Positions 28,658-37,698 of a stretch of 61,182 bases of DNA are shown piece by piece. The notes beneath the pieces are model-generated. The model searched no databases. It was not told where the DNA came from and worked only from the letters and a program-made list of their open reading frames with translations. The position numbers were made by a program, and so were the translations under genes. Origin of the DNA: an uncultured bacterium (GTDB taxonomy: Bacteria > Patescibacteriota > Dojkabacteria > SC72); assembly GCA_903840015.1 (NCBI GenBank), contig CAIMEL010000008.1, positions 1 through 61,182 on the forward strand, written 5' to 3'. Each line of letters begins with the position of its first letter. The first letter of the stretch is position 1.

Positions 28658-29191
28658 ATGGATATCCATTCACTCTTCATTATCTCTTTTCTGTTTTTAG
28701 CAATATTTGGCTCTCTCTTACACTTCACTCATGCTTGGTTCAAGAAAGGAATTCTACTTCACATATTCTCAGCACTAAACGAGAGTACATGGGAACACAT
28801 GAAGTTATTAATAGCTCCAACAATATTCATAGGTATCTTTCAATATCTTGTTCTAAGAGAAAATTTCACTAACATATTTAACTCACTATTAATTCTCCTA
28901 ATTATTGAGCTATTAACAATTCCCCTACTATATGAACCACTCAGGATATTAATTAAAAAAGTGCCATTCCCAATTACAATACTAATCTTCATATTATCAA
29001 TACTCTTTGGTTTAACTGCAGAGTATTTAATGTTAAACAAGGGTATTCTCTTCTTACCGGAACCTGTATCCTTAGTCTTAATATTTATAATAGTGATTAA
29101 ATTTGGGATATTCTCCTACTATCCTCCCAAAATATTCATATTCAAAGATCCCACAACAGGAAGATATGGAGATGTAAAACATCAACAATAG
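28658..29191 (+). CDS. DUF6512-like membrane protein
   Basis: GSLLHFTH...NESTWEHMKL pattern, about 5 TM helices. Confidence 0.65.
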   Translation: MDIHSLFIISFLFLAIFGSLLHFTHAWFKKGILLHIFSALNESTWEHMKLLIAPTIFIGIFQYLVLRENFTNIFNSLLILLIIELLTIPLLYEPLRILIKKVPFPITILIFILSILFGLTAEYLMLNKGILFLPEPVSLVLIFIIVIKFGIFSYYPPKIFIFKDPTTGRYGDVKHQQ

Positions 29192-29251
29192 TTCCTTGCC
29201 CCACCCTCCCTTTTCATATACAATTTACTATTAACATCATACATATTAAAT

Positions 29252-30010
29252 ATGGATAAAACATTTAGGAAATTAAGGATGTACAACATAATCGTTGGAT
29301 TAGTTCTACTACTCCAAGGTATTGTCATGTGGGCAATATCAAATGGTACGAAGGTAATGATTACTACAAATTACTTAAAGTGGAACAGTGACATTGGTTT
29401 CCCTGCCCCTGTACTAAACAACCTCTTCGAATTACAACTAGGTCCTGTTGTAGCACTATTCCTCCTTCTCTCTGGTATATTCCTTCTAGGTTCAGCATTC
29501 ATTTGGAGGAAGAAATATCAAGAACAGATTAGTAAAGGTATGAATCTCTTCAGATGGGCAGAGTATTCCATAACTTCATCCTTAATGCTTGTAGTAATTG
29601 CAACACTCTGTGGTGTATTTGATTTCTCTTCACTAATTCTCATCTTTGCACTAAATGCCTGTATGATATTCTTCGGTTGGGTTATGGAGACACATAATCA
29701 AAATACTAAGGAAGTTAACTGGACATCATATATCTTTGGTTGTTTTGCAGGATTAGTACCTTGGATTGTATTAGGTCTTTACTTCTTCAACGCTATCAAT
29801 TCTAATGCCGAATCAGTACCATCCTTTGTCTATGCAATATTCTGGAGTCTTCTCTTCTTCTTCAATATCTTTGCAGTTAATATGGTTCTACAATACAAAA
29901 AGGTTGGTAAATGGAAAAACTATATCTATGGTGAATATGCATATATCACACTATCATTAATAGCAAAGGCTCTACTTGCGTGGCAGGTATGGGGAGGTAC
30001 GTTGAGATAG
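29252..30010 (+). CDS. Heliorhodopsin
   Basis: 7 TM; NLFRWAEYSITSS (R101, E104), FGWVME, AGLVPW, YGEYAYITLSLIAK (Schiff-base K239); colinear with recalled HeR-48C12. Confidence 0.95.
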   Translation: MDKTFRKLRMYNIIVGLVLLLQGIVMWAISNGTKVMITTNYLKWNSDIGFPAPVLNNLFELQLGPVVALFLLLSGIFLLGSAFIWRKKYQEQISKGMNLFRWAEYSITSSLMLVVIATLCGVFDFSSLILIFALNACMIFFGWVMETHNQNTKEVNWTSYIFGCFAGLVPWIVLGLYFFNAINSNAESVPSFVYAIFWSLLFFFNIFAVNMVLQYKKVGKWKNYIYGEYAYITLSLIAKALLAWQVWGGTLR

Positions 30011-30020
30011 TGGAATCAAT

Positions 30021-31019
30021 CTAGAATAGCTTGAAGTAAAGGTATACCAGATAACAGATAAGGATAAAGAAACCTACAGGTTTTGTTAATATCTTGTTCT
30101 TTCCTAAGATCTTTCCCTCAGTCAAAATACTAAAGATAACAACAATATTTAGTAAATTAAACAGATACAAATCATCAGTTGCACCTTTAGTAAACATAAG
30201 GGGAGCTATCAATGCAGGAATACCCAAACCCAACCCTATATTAGCTATCGTACTACCAAATATATTACCCAAAATAATATCCGTATACCCCTTAAATGCT
30301 GACCTCACAGAAGTAACAATCATAGGCAAAGATGTACCTATACCAATTATCGTCAAACCAAGAACATACTCACTAATACCAAAATCCCTAGAGAATCTCT
30401 CTGTCATAAATGCCAACAAAACACTAAAACCGACAAGAAATATCATTCCAACAAATACTCTGGCATATACTGTCCACAAACTAATCTCCTCTGTAGCCGT
30501 CGAAGAGATTGTACTAGTATTAAGCTCAACCTGGTTCATATCATCATCCCCTAACTTTTCTCTCTTAGCATACTGGTAAAGGATATACAGCGTGATGATG
30601 TAAACAAGAAGAAGGAATAGACCCTCGATTCTACCCAGTGTACCATCAAACACAAAGCCAGTAAGAACTGCTGACAAAGCCAAAAAGATTGTAAGTTCTT
30701 TCTCAAAAACTTGATATTTCGTATTTATGGCAACTATCAATGCAGAAATACCCAATCCAAGCCCAACATTAACAAAATTAGTTCCAAGAGCATTACCAAC
30801 CACAACATCTGCACCATTTGAACTAAAACACATCATCGCAATATTAACAGCTATTGTTGGTAAACCAGTACCAAACGCTATCAACGTTGATGCTATAACC
30901 AAGTCGCTAATCTTCTTCTTTCGAGCAAAAATAACAGCTCCTTGCAATAACCATTCTGCTCCTAGGATAAGTAAAGAAAGAGAAACAACAATTATTAATA
31001 CATCAACTAAAATATTCAT
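30021..31019 (-). CDS. Ca2+/Na+ antiporter (YrbG/CaCA family)
   Basis: Two alpha repeats GTGLP...GNALGTN and GTSLP...GNIFGS. Confidence 0.9.
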   Translation of the reverse strand: MNILVDVLIIVVSLSLLILGAEWLLQGAVIFARKKKISDLVIASTLIAFGTGLPTIAVNIAMMCFSSNGADVVVGNALGTNFVNVGLGLGISALIVAINTKYQVFEKELTIFLALSAVLTGFVFDGTLGRIEGLFLLLVYIITLYILYQYAKREKLGDDDMNQVELNTSTISSTATEEISLWTVYARVFVGMIFLVGFSVLLAFMTERFSRDFGISEYVLGLTIIGIGTSLPMIVTSVRSAFKGYTDIILGNIFGSTIANIGLGLGIPALIAPLMFTKGATDDLYLFNLLNIVVIFSILTEGKILGKNKILTKPVGFFILICYLVYLYFKLF

Positions 31020-31160
31020 AACGCTAGCATATATAAAATAGAACGAAGAGAGTATATACCTAAGTATAGGAAAATCAAAGGGAGATAGATAGAATCAAAT
31101 TAACAAGTCTTCACAACACTTTTTTTTTAGTCATATATGTAATATAATCACAAGAACCTT

Positions 31161-33368
31161 ATGGAAACAGACATGCCAGAGAAAAACGAAATAGGTCCTA
31201 GCTGTAGCGAATCTTTCACTACAACAGCAGAACAAAGACAACAACTCTCCTCAGAACTATTTGAACACGCATATAATATCTCCCACAGTGAAGACGATAT
31301 CTTTCTATGTGGAGAGACTGTTTCATCACTAATCACAGGAGCAGAAGACGATCAATCACGCTTTACCTTTTTAGGCGATTTCTATATAGAAGAAATCGCA
31401 AAAAGATATGGCTGTGAAATTACAGAAGAAGGCAGGGTAACTGTTGAAGAAGAAGGAAAGATGTTTGAGTTCATTGCAAGAGAAACATTCGAGAGAGAAT
31501 TCCAATCCTCACATCCATCTGAACGAATTCTCATGAGTAGAGATGGCGGGATAATAGACTATTTTAGAGATATTACCAATTTAAGTAAGGAAGAAATAGA
31601 AGAAATCTTTTCAGACAAACCTGTAAAGATTTTAGCTTTAGAAGCAATTGAAAGAGTTGGTCAACAGGTAAGAACAAATGGTTGGGTAGCAAAAGTTAGA
31701 AATCACGGTTCTCTTGTATTCATAGATCTCAGAGATTTCTCTGGAACAATACAATTAGTGCTAGACAAAGGAAGAGTACCTTTTGCAGACAAAATTGGTT
31801 TAGAGTATGTACTAGAAGCAAGAGGTTTAGTTAAAAAGCGAGAGGAAGGATACGAAAACCCTAAGATTCCAACAGGAGAAATTGAAATTGATGTTCAAGA
31901 TATTAGAGTTCTTAACGAATCCAAGACACCACCATTTCCTTTAGACAAAAGTGGAGAGAAGACCGATGAGAATTTGAGATTAGAGTACAGGTATATTGAT
32001 ATAAGGAGAGAGGCAGTAAGAGAGTTGATAGAAGCAAGACATAGACTTTTGATGCAGACAAGACTATGGTTTGATCAAAACGGTTTTACTGAAGTACAAA
32101 CTCCCCTACTTACAGTAAGTTCTCCAGAGGGAGCAAGAGACTATCTTGTACCAAGTAGACTTTACAATGGAGAATTCTATGCACTTCCACAAGCTCCACA
32201 ACAGTACAAACAGTTACTAATGGTCGGTGGAATGCATCGATATTTCCAAATTGCACCATGTTTCAGAGATGAAGATCCTAGAGCAGACAGACATTCAGGA
32301 GAATTCTATCAAATCGATGCAGAATTCTCATTCATAACTAGAAATGAAATTTTTAGAACTATTGAACCTTACTTTTTAGAAATAGCAAAGAACAGCAAAG
32401 ACAGAAGGTTACTACAGTACAGATTCCCTCGTATTCCATATTCTCAAGTCATTGAAGATTACGGCTTAGACAAACCTGACTTAAGATTTGAGATGTTACT
32501 AGTGGATCTTACAGAAGAATTTAGATCTTCTGAGATGCAGATATTCCAAGCTTCACCTTCAGTAAGAGCTATTGCTGTAGATAGGGAATTTACCAAAAAA
32601 GAGATTGAGGAAATTACAGAGAGAATGAGATTAGAAGGTGCAAAAGGATTAGCTTGGTTTTCATTGGATGAGGGACAGTTTGGTGGTAATATGGCCAAAT
32701 TCTTTAATACTGAATTACAAGAGTCAATCCTCAAGAAACTAAAAGCGAAAGGATACAGTATTAAAGGCAAACAAACTATTTTTGCATTCTCAGATGAATA
32801 TCCAAAAGCATCAAAATATGCAGGATTACTAAGATCGCAGATGGGTGATTTACTCAAATTAAAAGATCCAACTGTATTAGCATTTGCATGGGTTGTAGAT
32901 TTCCCAATGTTCGAATGGGATGAGAAGGGTCAGAAATGGGACTTTGGACACAATCCTTTCTCAATGCCAAAAGGTGGATTAAAAGCCTTAAGAACAGAGA
33001 AACCAGGAGAAATATCAGCAGAGCAATTTGACTTGGTATGTAATGGTTATGAACTTGCAAGTGGTTCCATTAGAAATCATGACCCTAAGACATTCATAGA
33101 GGCATTTAAAATTGTAGGATATTCAGAAGAAGAAACAAGATCTAGATTTGGTCATATGATTTCTGCATTTGAATACGGAGCTCCACCACACGGAGGATTT
33201 GCTATTGGATTTGATAGATTTATGATGTTGCTCTACGGTATTACAAATATCAAAGATGTATATGCATTCCCAAAAACAAATGCAAAGGAACTCATGACAG
33301 GAGCACCAAGACGTGTACCACAGGAAGATCTAGATGTTTTGGGAATTACAATCAAGGGGAAAAAATAG
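31161..33368 (+). CDS. aspS: Aspartate--tRNA ligase (likely non-discriminating) with ~155-aa N-terminal extra domain
   Basis: GWVAKVRNHG..FIDLRD, PEGARDY, LPQAPQQYKQ, FRDEDPRADR, GYELASGSIR, GAPPHGG; His in RNHG and Gly in EEGYEN match ND-AspRS. Confidence 0.93.
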   Translation: METDMPEKNEIGPSCSESFTTTAEQRQQLSSELFEHAYNISHSEDDIFLCGETVSSLITGAEDDQSRFTFLGDFYIEEIAKRYGCEITEEGRVTVEEEGKMFEFIARETFEREFQSSHPSERILMSRDGGIIDYFRDITNLSKEEIEEIFSDKPVKILALEAIERVGQQVRTNGWVAKVRNHGSLVFIDLRDFSGTIQLVLDKGRVPFADKIGLEYVLEARGLVKKREEGYENPKIPTGEIEIDVQDIRVLNESKTPPFPLDKSGEKTDENLRLEYRYIDIRREAVRELIEARHRLLMQTRLWFDQNGFTEVQTPLLTVSSPEGARDYLVPSRLYNGEFYALPQAPQQYKQLLMVGGMHRYFQIAPCFRDEDPRADRHSGEFYQIDAEFSFITRNEIFRTIEPYFLEIAKNSKDRRLLQYRFPRIPYSQVIEDYGLDKPDLRFEMLLVDLTEEFRSSEMQIFQASPSVRAIAVDREFTKKEIEEITERMRLEGAKGLAWFSLDEGQFGGNMAKFFNTELQESILKKLKAKGYSIKGKQTIFAFSDEYPKASKYAGLLRSQMGDLLKLKDPTVLAFAWVVDFPMFEWDEKGQKWDFGHNPFSMPKGGLKALRTEKPGEISAEQFDLVCNGYELASGSIRNHDPKTFIEAFKIVGYSEEETRSRFGHMISAFEYGAPPHGGFAIGFDRFMMLLYGITNIKDVYAFPKTNAKELMTGAPRRVPQEDLDVLGITIKGKK

Positions 33369-33369
33369 C

Positions 33370-34653
33370 CTACTTTAATCCTTTCAATGCAGCTTCGACA
33401 TCCATTGGCCTAGCTTTGGGATAATTGCATATATACTTTCGAATATCTCTAGATGCTACCGGATTTTTTGCGATATATAGGTATATATTTCTCCAAGCGA
33501 AATCGGTATAGAGCTCTTGAGCTTTACTGTCATCAGAGTAACATATCAATCTCCAAAGGGTCTTTGCCTTAACACTCGTATTATTAGCAATTCCATACAA
33601 AACATACCAATCATATGGATTATGCAATGCCAAAGAATCAAGTAATTTCGAATCATTTGTCGCATATGCCGCAACCACTCGACATATCTCTCCCCTATTT
33701 AGAACACTATCTTTCAAACAAACTTTTTTACTACTCTCCAAGAAAACATCGTAAAGGTAATTCACATCCTGAGGATCTAACTCCTCACATGCCATATCCA
33801 AGGCTATTTTCTTAAGGGAATCATACAGCAACAACGCGAACTTTTTGTTATCCCTCAAGGAGAGAAAGAGTTCTTCCTTTGTAATCATAAGATCTTTAAC
33901 AACTCCCCCTATCAGTTCCTCCTCTAAAACATAAACTTCCTTCTTTGCAACCCTCTGAAGAGAATTCCTTATACCCAACAAAACATCAAAACTTTCAATA
34001 GCCTTTTTCACTATCTTCTCATCTAAAAATCGATTAACACTAAGATATTCAAATGCATCAACAGTACTATATATATCAAAATCCGACTTTATATAGTTGG
34101 CAAGAAGATGTACAAAACCATAGTACTTTATTCTACCCTCTCCAAATTTGATATTTCTATCATTAAACATATTTGGATATGCGAATTCTAAATTAGCACA
34201 AATATGAAAAATCTCGCGAAGATTATTTCTCGAATCCTTCCGAATCTTTTCTGCCATCTTCGTATTATGATACCCATACTCTTTACGCAAGAAGAGCAAC
34301 GCTTGTCTATCCGTACCATCGATCTGAGCCAATCTCTGTAATTCTCTAATTGTATAAACTTCCAATATATCTAATCGATGAGATGGTAAGAGATACTGAA
34401 CTTCCTTTTTAAAGAGTTCAATCTTTCTCTTTGAGGGTCTTTTACTTAAAATTATCAAATCCAAATCAGAAAAAGGGCCCATCTCTCGACGAGCTACCCC
34501 ACCCCAAGAGAAGAGTGAGTAATCTTTTCCTTCAAAATACTTTTTAAAAATATTTAAACATACAGACAACACATGTTCTGTAATATTCTTTGATTCCTGT
34601 ATTCCTGAGATTCTACTATCAGTTTTATACAATTGATTGTCCACCATCAACAA
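33370..34653 (-). CDS. GlnD-like nucleotidyltransferase lacking HD/ACT domains
   Basis: WGGVARREMGPFSDLDL (GG.x.R...SDxD), NIKFGEG, SFDVLLGIRNSLQ; helical-repeat tail (IANN.., IAKNP). Confidence 0.75.
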   Translation of the reverse strand: MLMVDNQLYKTDSRISGIQESKNITEHVLSVCLNIFKKYFEGKDYSLFSWGGVARREMGPFSDLDLIILSKRPSKRKIELFKKEVQYLLPSHRLDILEVYTIRELQRLAQIDGTDRQALLFLRKEYGYHNTKMAEKIRKDSRNNLREIFHICANLEFAYPNMFNDRNIKFGEGRIKYYGFVHLLANYIKSDFDIYSTVDAFEYLSVNRFLDEKIVKKAIESFDVLLGIRNSLQRVAKKEVYVLEEELIGGVVKDLMITKEELFLSLRDNKKFALLLYDSLKKIALDMACEELDPQDVNYLYDVFLESSKKVCLKDSVLNRGEICRVVAAYATNDSKLLDSLALHNPYDWYVLYGIANNTSVKAKTLWRLICYSDDSKAQELYTDFAWRNIYLYIAKNPVASRDIRKYICNYPKARPMDVEAALKGLK

Positions 34654-35368
34654 CTATATCAGCCCCATGAATATATGAGGCTTTAGGGGAAATTAAAAAC
34701 TCTACAATACCTGCTATATCTTTTGGCAAACCTAAACGACAAAGAGGGATACGACTCTTTAAGAAATCCGTATCCTCATACTTTTTCAACATCTTTTCCC
34801 TATTCCTATCAACAAGAATACAACCAGGAGAAATACTATTTACCCTTATATTGTATTCCCCAAGTTCAGTGGCTAATACCCTTGTCAGAGAAGCTATTGC
34901 ACCTTTGGTTGAAGCATATGCCGTCTGACCTTTAATCCCCAAACGAGCACTTATGGATGCAATATTAACAATATTACCCTTACCCAATTTTTTCATTTCT
35001 GGCACTACTGCCCTTGAGAAAAGGAAATATCCTCCCACATTTGATTTAAAGGTATTTGTGAAAATATCATACTCGGTTTCTTCTACATTGAAATATGGAA
35101 CAACACCAGCACAATTCACCAAAGTATCAATCTTTTTGTATTTCTTGACTACCTCTTTAACAAAAGATATTACATCCTCTTCAACTCCACAGTCTAATTT
35201 CCTGACAAAAAGCGTCGCTTTCTTGAAAACGGATTTAATCTTGAGAATTCTTTCATTATTGTCACAAAGACACAATACATTTCCACTCTTATCAAGACCC
35301 TTGGCTATTCCAGATCCTATACCTCCAGCAGCACCTGTTATTATGATGACATTATTTGAAGTTTTCAT
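34625..35368 (-). CDS. Classical SDR oxidoreductase
   Basis: TGAAGGIG, LVNCAG, IASIS, YASTK, RVNSISPG, VDGG. Confidence 0.93.
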   Translation of the reverse strand: MKTSNNVIIITGAAGGIGSGIAKGLDKSGNVLCLCDNNERILKIKSVFKKATLFVRKLDCGVEEDVISFVKEVVKKYKKIDTLVNCAGVVPYFNVEETEYDIFTNTFKSNVGGYFLFSRAVVPEMKKLGKGNIVNIASISARLGIKGQTAYASTKGAIASLTRVLATELGEYNIRVNSISPGCILVDRNREKMLKKYEDTDFLKSRIPLCRLGLPKDIAGIVEFLISPKASYIHGADIVVDGGQSIV

Positions 35369-35798
35369 TTTCTATCTCGAGAATCTTTTCTATTTTAACT
35401 TTTGAACCTTCATTTATCGCATATTCCTTAACCCAGGTTTCAACAATACTTTTCGCATCCTCTATTCCTGTTGTTAATGCACCCAAGGTCAATATGTTTG
35501 CGTCATTGCTTGAGCGAGATTTTAATGCTGCATAGACACTATGACAAAGTGTTGCACGAATACCCTTAATCTTATTCGCTGAAAGACACATACCCATACC
35601 TGTTCCACAAATTAGAATTCCCCTGCTATCTTTTGTGACAAGCACTTTTTGACACACCTCTTTTGCAACATCTGGATAGTCTGGAAGATTCTCAAAATCA
35701 TCTATCTTCTCCACTTCGTGATTGAGAGATCTTAGATATTCGTATATCGTATCTCTGTAAGTAACACCTGACTGATCAGAGCCTAAGAATATTTTCAT
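35352..35798 (-). CDS. RpiB/LacAB-family isomerase with degenerate phosphate site
   Basis: GSD, DYPD, GILICGTG.G...ANK..GIRA, NDAN..L.LG. Confidence 0.85.
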   Translation of the reverse strand: MKIFLGSDQSGVTYRDTIYEYLRSLNHEVEKIDDFENLPDYPDVAKEVCQKVLVTKDSRGILICGTGMGMCLSANKIKGIRATLCHSVYAALKSRSSNDANILTLGALTTGIEDAKSIVETWVKEYAINEGSKVKIEKILEIENENFK

Positions 35799-37042
35799 AG
35801 TAGGTTTTGTAAATAATTTGAAGTTTTTAAAATATCATAACCTCCCTCAACCGGTTTTAAAATCGCTTCAGGTTCTACATTTGTATGTTCCCTTCTACCT
35901 CTACCTGTAACTACCATATATATTACATCTTCTTTGTTAATCTTGCCTGCCTTTGCTAACTTAACCAACCCAGCAAAAGAGATATATGGACTTTTTTCAT
36001 CTTCGTAAGAAAGCTCCATACCTTCTTTTCTTAGAGCATTCTCGAAAATATCCCTTATACTTTCTACCTCTTCAATACTACTTGATTCTATACTACCGAA
36101 GGTACCATCAACCGCTTGTTTTACAGCAGAAAATGTCTTAAGAGGATTAGTACTCTGTAAAGTCTTTTCGTAAGGAAGTTGAGGAAGCTTTAGATCTTTC
36201 TCCGAAATACTATCTAATCCATTCTGATATGCAGTTGTAATTGTACAGTTGTCATCAACTTGCAGAGCATAAATACGAGGGATTAAATACTTTCTGTCAG
36301 TAATTCCATTCATCTTCATTCTCTTATGCCCTAACAAGAAGCCTAATATACCATATCCACCAGCGATAGTTTGTGCAAAGATAGTTGCATTTGGAACTTC
36401 TTCGTACTGTTCATATGCAATGGTTGCTTTTCCTTCCAATTTCTCATGCATTGGGGCTACTACCTGGATATTATTCTTTGCGGCAAATAGTTTTGCTATG
36501 CTACTCACTTGATTGAAATGCCCATCTACAGCAATAATGTGGATCATATCTCCCAACATTGTACTGTCACACTTTTCCATACAACTTAGAGGCAAAAAGA
36601 AGAAAGTTTCAATACCTGCGCTTTTAGCATATCTACAGTATGCTCTTCCCGTATTACCAGTTGAATGACAAACCATTTTCTTCATCCCCAATTCTTTTGC
36701 TTTACTGATAATATAGGAAGCCTCCCTGTCCTTGAATGTTCCAGTAGGATTCTCTCCTTCGTATTTACAATACAGTTGGGCAAAGTTTAAATATTTCTCT
36801 AGCTCAGGAATCCTTTTTACAAAGGTTCTACCCTCACCTAAAGAAACAATGTTTGAATAGTTGTTTACTGGAAGAAGGTTGAAATAGCGCCACATATCGC
36901 CTCTTTGTAAGTATTCCTCGTTACCCTGCTCGACAGATGATTGTAATTTGTATTCAAGATTTTCTTTTGAGATGAAGGCCGACAAATCTTCCTGATTTCC
37001 ATCAGGATCTAAAAGCAGAAATTTGCTCGCAAAGCCTTCCAT
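35795..37042 (-). CDS. Threonine-synthase-like fold-II PLP enzyme
   Basis: MWRY..LLP, SLGEGRT, KYEGENPTGTFKDR (PLP Lys), STGN, EGKAT, VTGRG. Confidence 0.88.
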   Translation of the reverse strand: MEGFASKFLLLDPDGNQEDLSAFISKENLEYKLQSSVEQGNEEYLQRGDMWRYFNLLPVNNYSNIVSLGEGRTFVKRIPELEKYLNFAQLYCKYEGENPTGTFKDREASYIISKAKELGMKKMVCHSTGNTGRAYCRYAKSAGIETFFFLPLSCMEKCDSTMLGDMIHIIAVDGHFNQVSSIAKLFAAKNNIQVVAPMHEKLEGKATIAYEQYEEVPNATIFAQTIAGGYGILGFLLGHKRMKMNGITDRKYLIPRIYALQVDDNCTITTAYQNGLDSISEKDLKLPQLPYEKTLQSTNPLKTFSAVKQAVDGTFGSIESSSIEEVESIRDIFENALRKEGMELSYEDEKSPYISFAGLVKLAKAGKINKEDVIYMVVTGRGRREHTNVEPEAILKPVEGGYDILKTSNYLQNLL

Positions 37043-37126
37043 AAGGCGAATTATACTATTAGAACAAGGTTTTGTAAACTATATACCATCCCAACAGGTG
37101 AAGACCATCGAAGGGAGATTCTTCGT

Positions 37127-37636
37127 TTAGTTCTGTACTATATATTCTCGTTCTGCTGAAATACTTTCCAAATTATCATCTACTGCATTGTAAACTGTCA
37201 TAGTTAATACTACTCTCAATTTCCCTACCTTATCCATCAAGGTTGAAGTAAAACCACAAATCTCCTTTGATTCTCCACTTAATACACCGGAGGTATCTTG
37301 CTCCTTATACAAAGCTTCTTTGTTGTTTTCATTTAGATAGAATTTCCAATTACATCTAACCAAATTGGCATATTTACCATTACCCTCCACGAGAGCATTG
37401 TACATTCTGGCCTGTCTTGGCATGATAATGTCTTCTTCGGGACCAATAATTGTCAACTTAAGATTATGTTCAATTGGCTTTTCTTCAGGAAACAACCCTT
37501 CTTCATATGTGCTCTCTGATTCCTTTTGTTGATCCTCCACAGGGGAATTGTTCTGTTTGATGACCCAAAATATCACCCCAGACAAAATCACAAGAATAAA
37601 AACCACGATAACCAAGATTTTAGATTTTTTTTGCAT
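37127..37636 (-). CDS. Single-pass hypothetical protein
   Basis: N-terminal TM then a beta-rich domain. Confidence 0.7.
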   Translation of the reverse strand: MQKKSKILVIVVFILVILSGVIFWVIKQNNSPVEDQQKESESTYEEGLFPEEKPIEHNLKLTIIGPEEDIIMPRQARMYNALVEGNGKYANLVRCNWKFYLNENNKEALYKEQDTSGVLSGESKEICGFTSTLMDKVGKLRVVLTMTVYNAVDDNLESISAEREYIVQN

Positions 37637-37698
37637 AACTATTCATCAACAATTTATACCCTATTATACACTACCCACTTCATATATAATTAAGATGC

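Noticed and set aside
21964-30010. Genome-wide amber (TAG) reassignment as the explanation of the GGDEF stop
   Set aside because: eno (21964-66) and heliorhodopsin (30008-10) end at TAG where their homologs roughly end, and readthrough gives no sensible extension
35795-37042. Calling this gene thrC in a threonine pathway
   Set aside because: No thrA/thrB nearby and the operon partners are unrelated to threonine synthesis; kept as a family-level call
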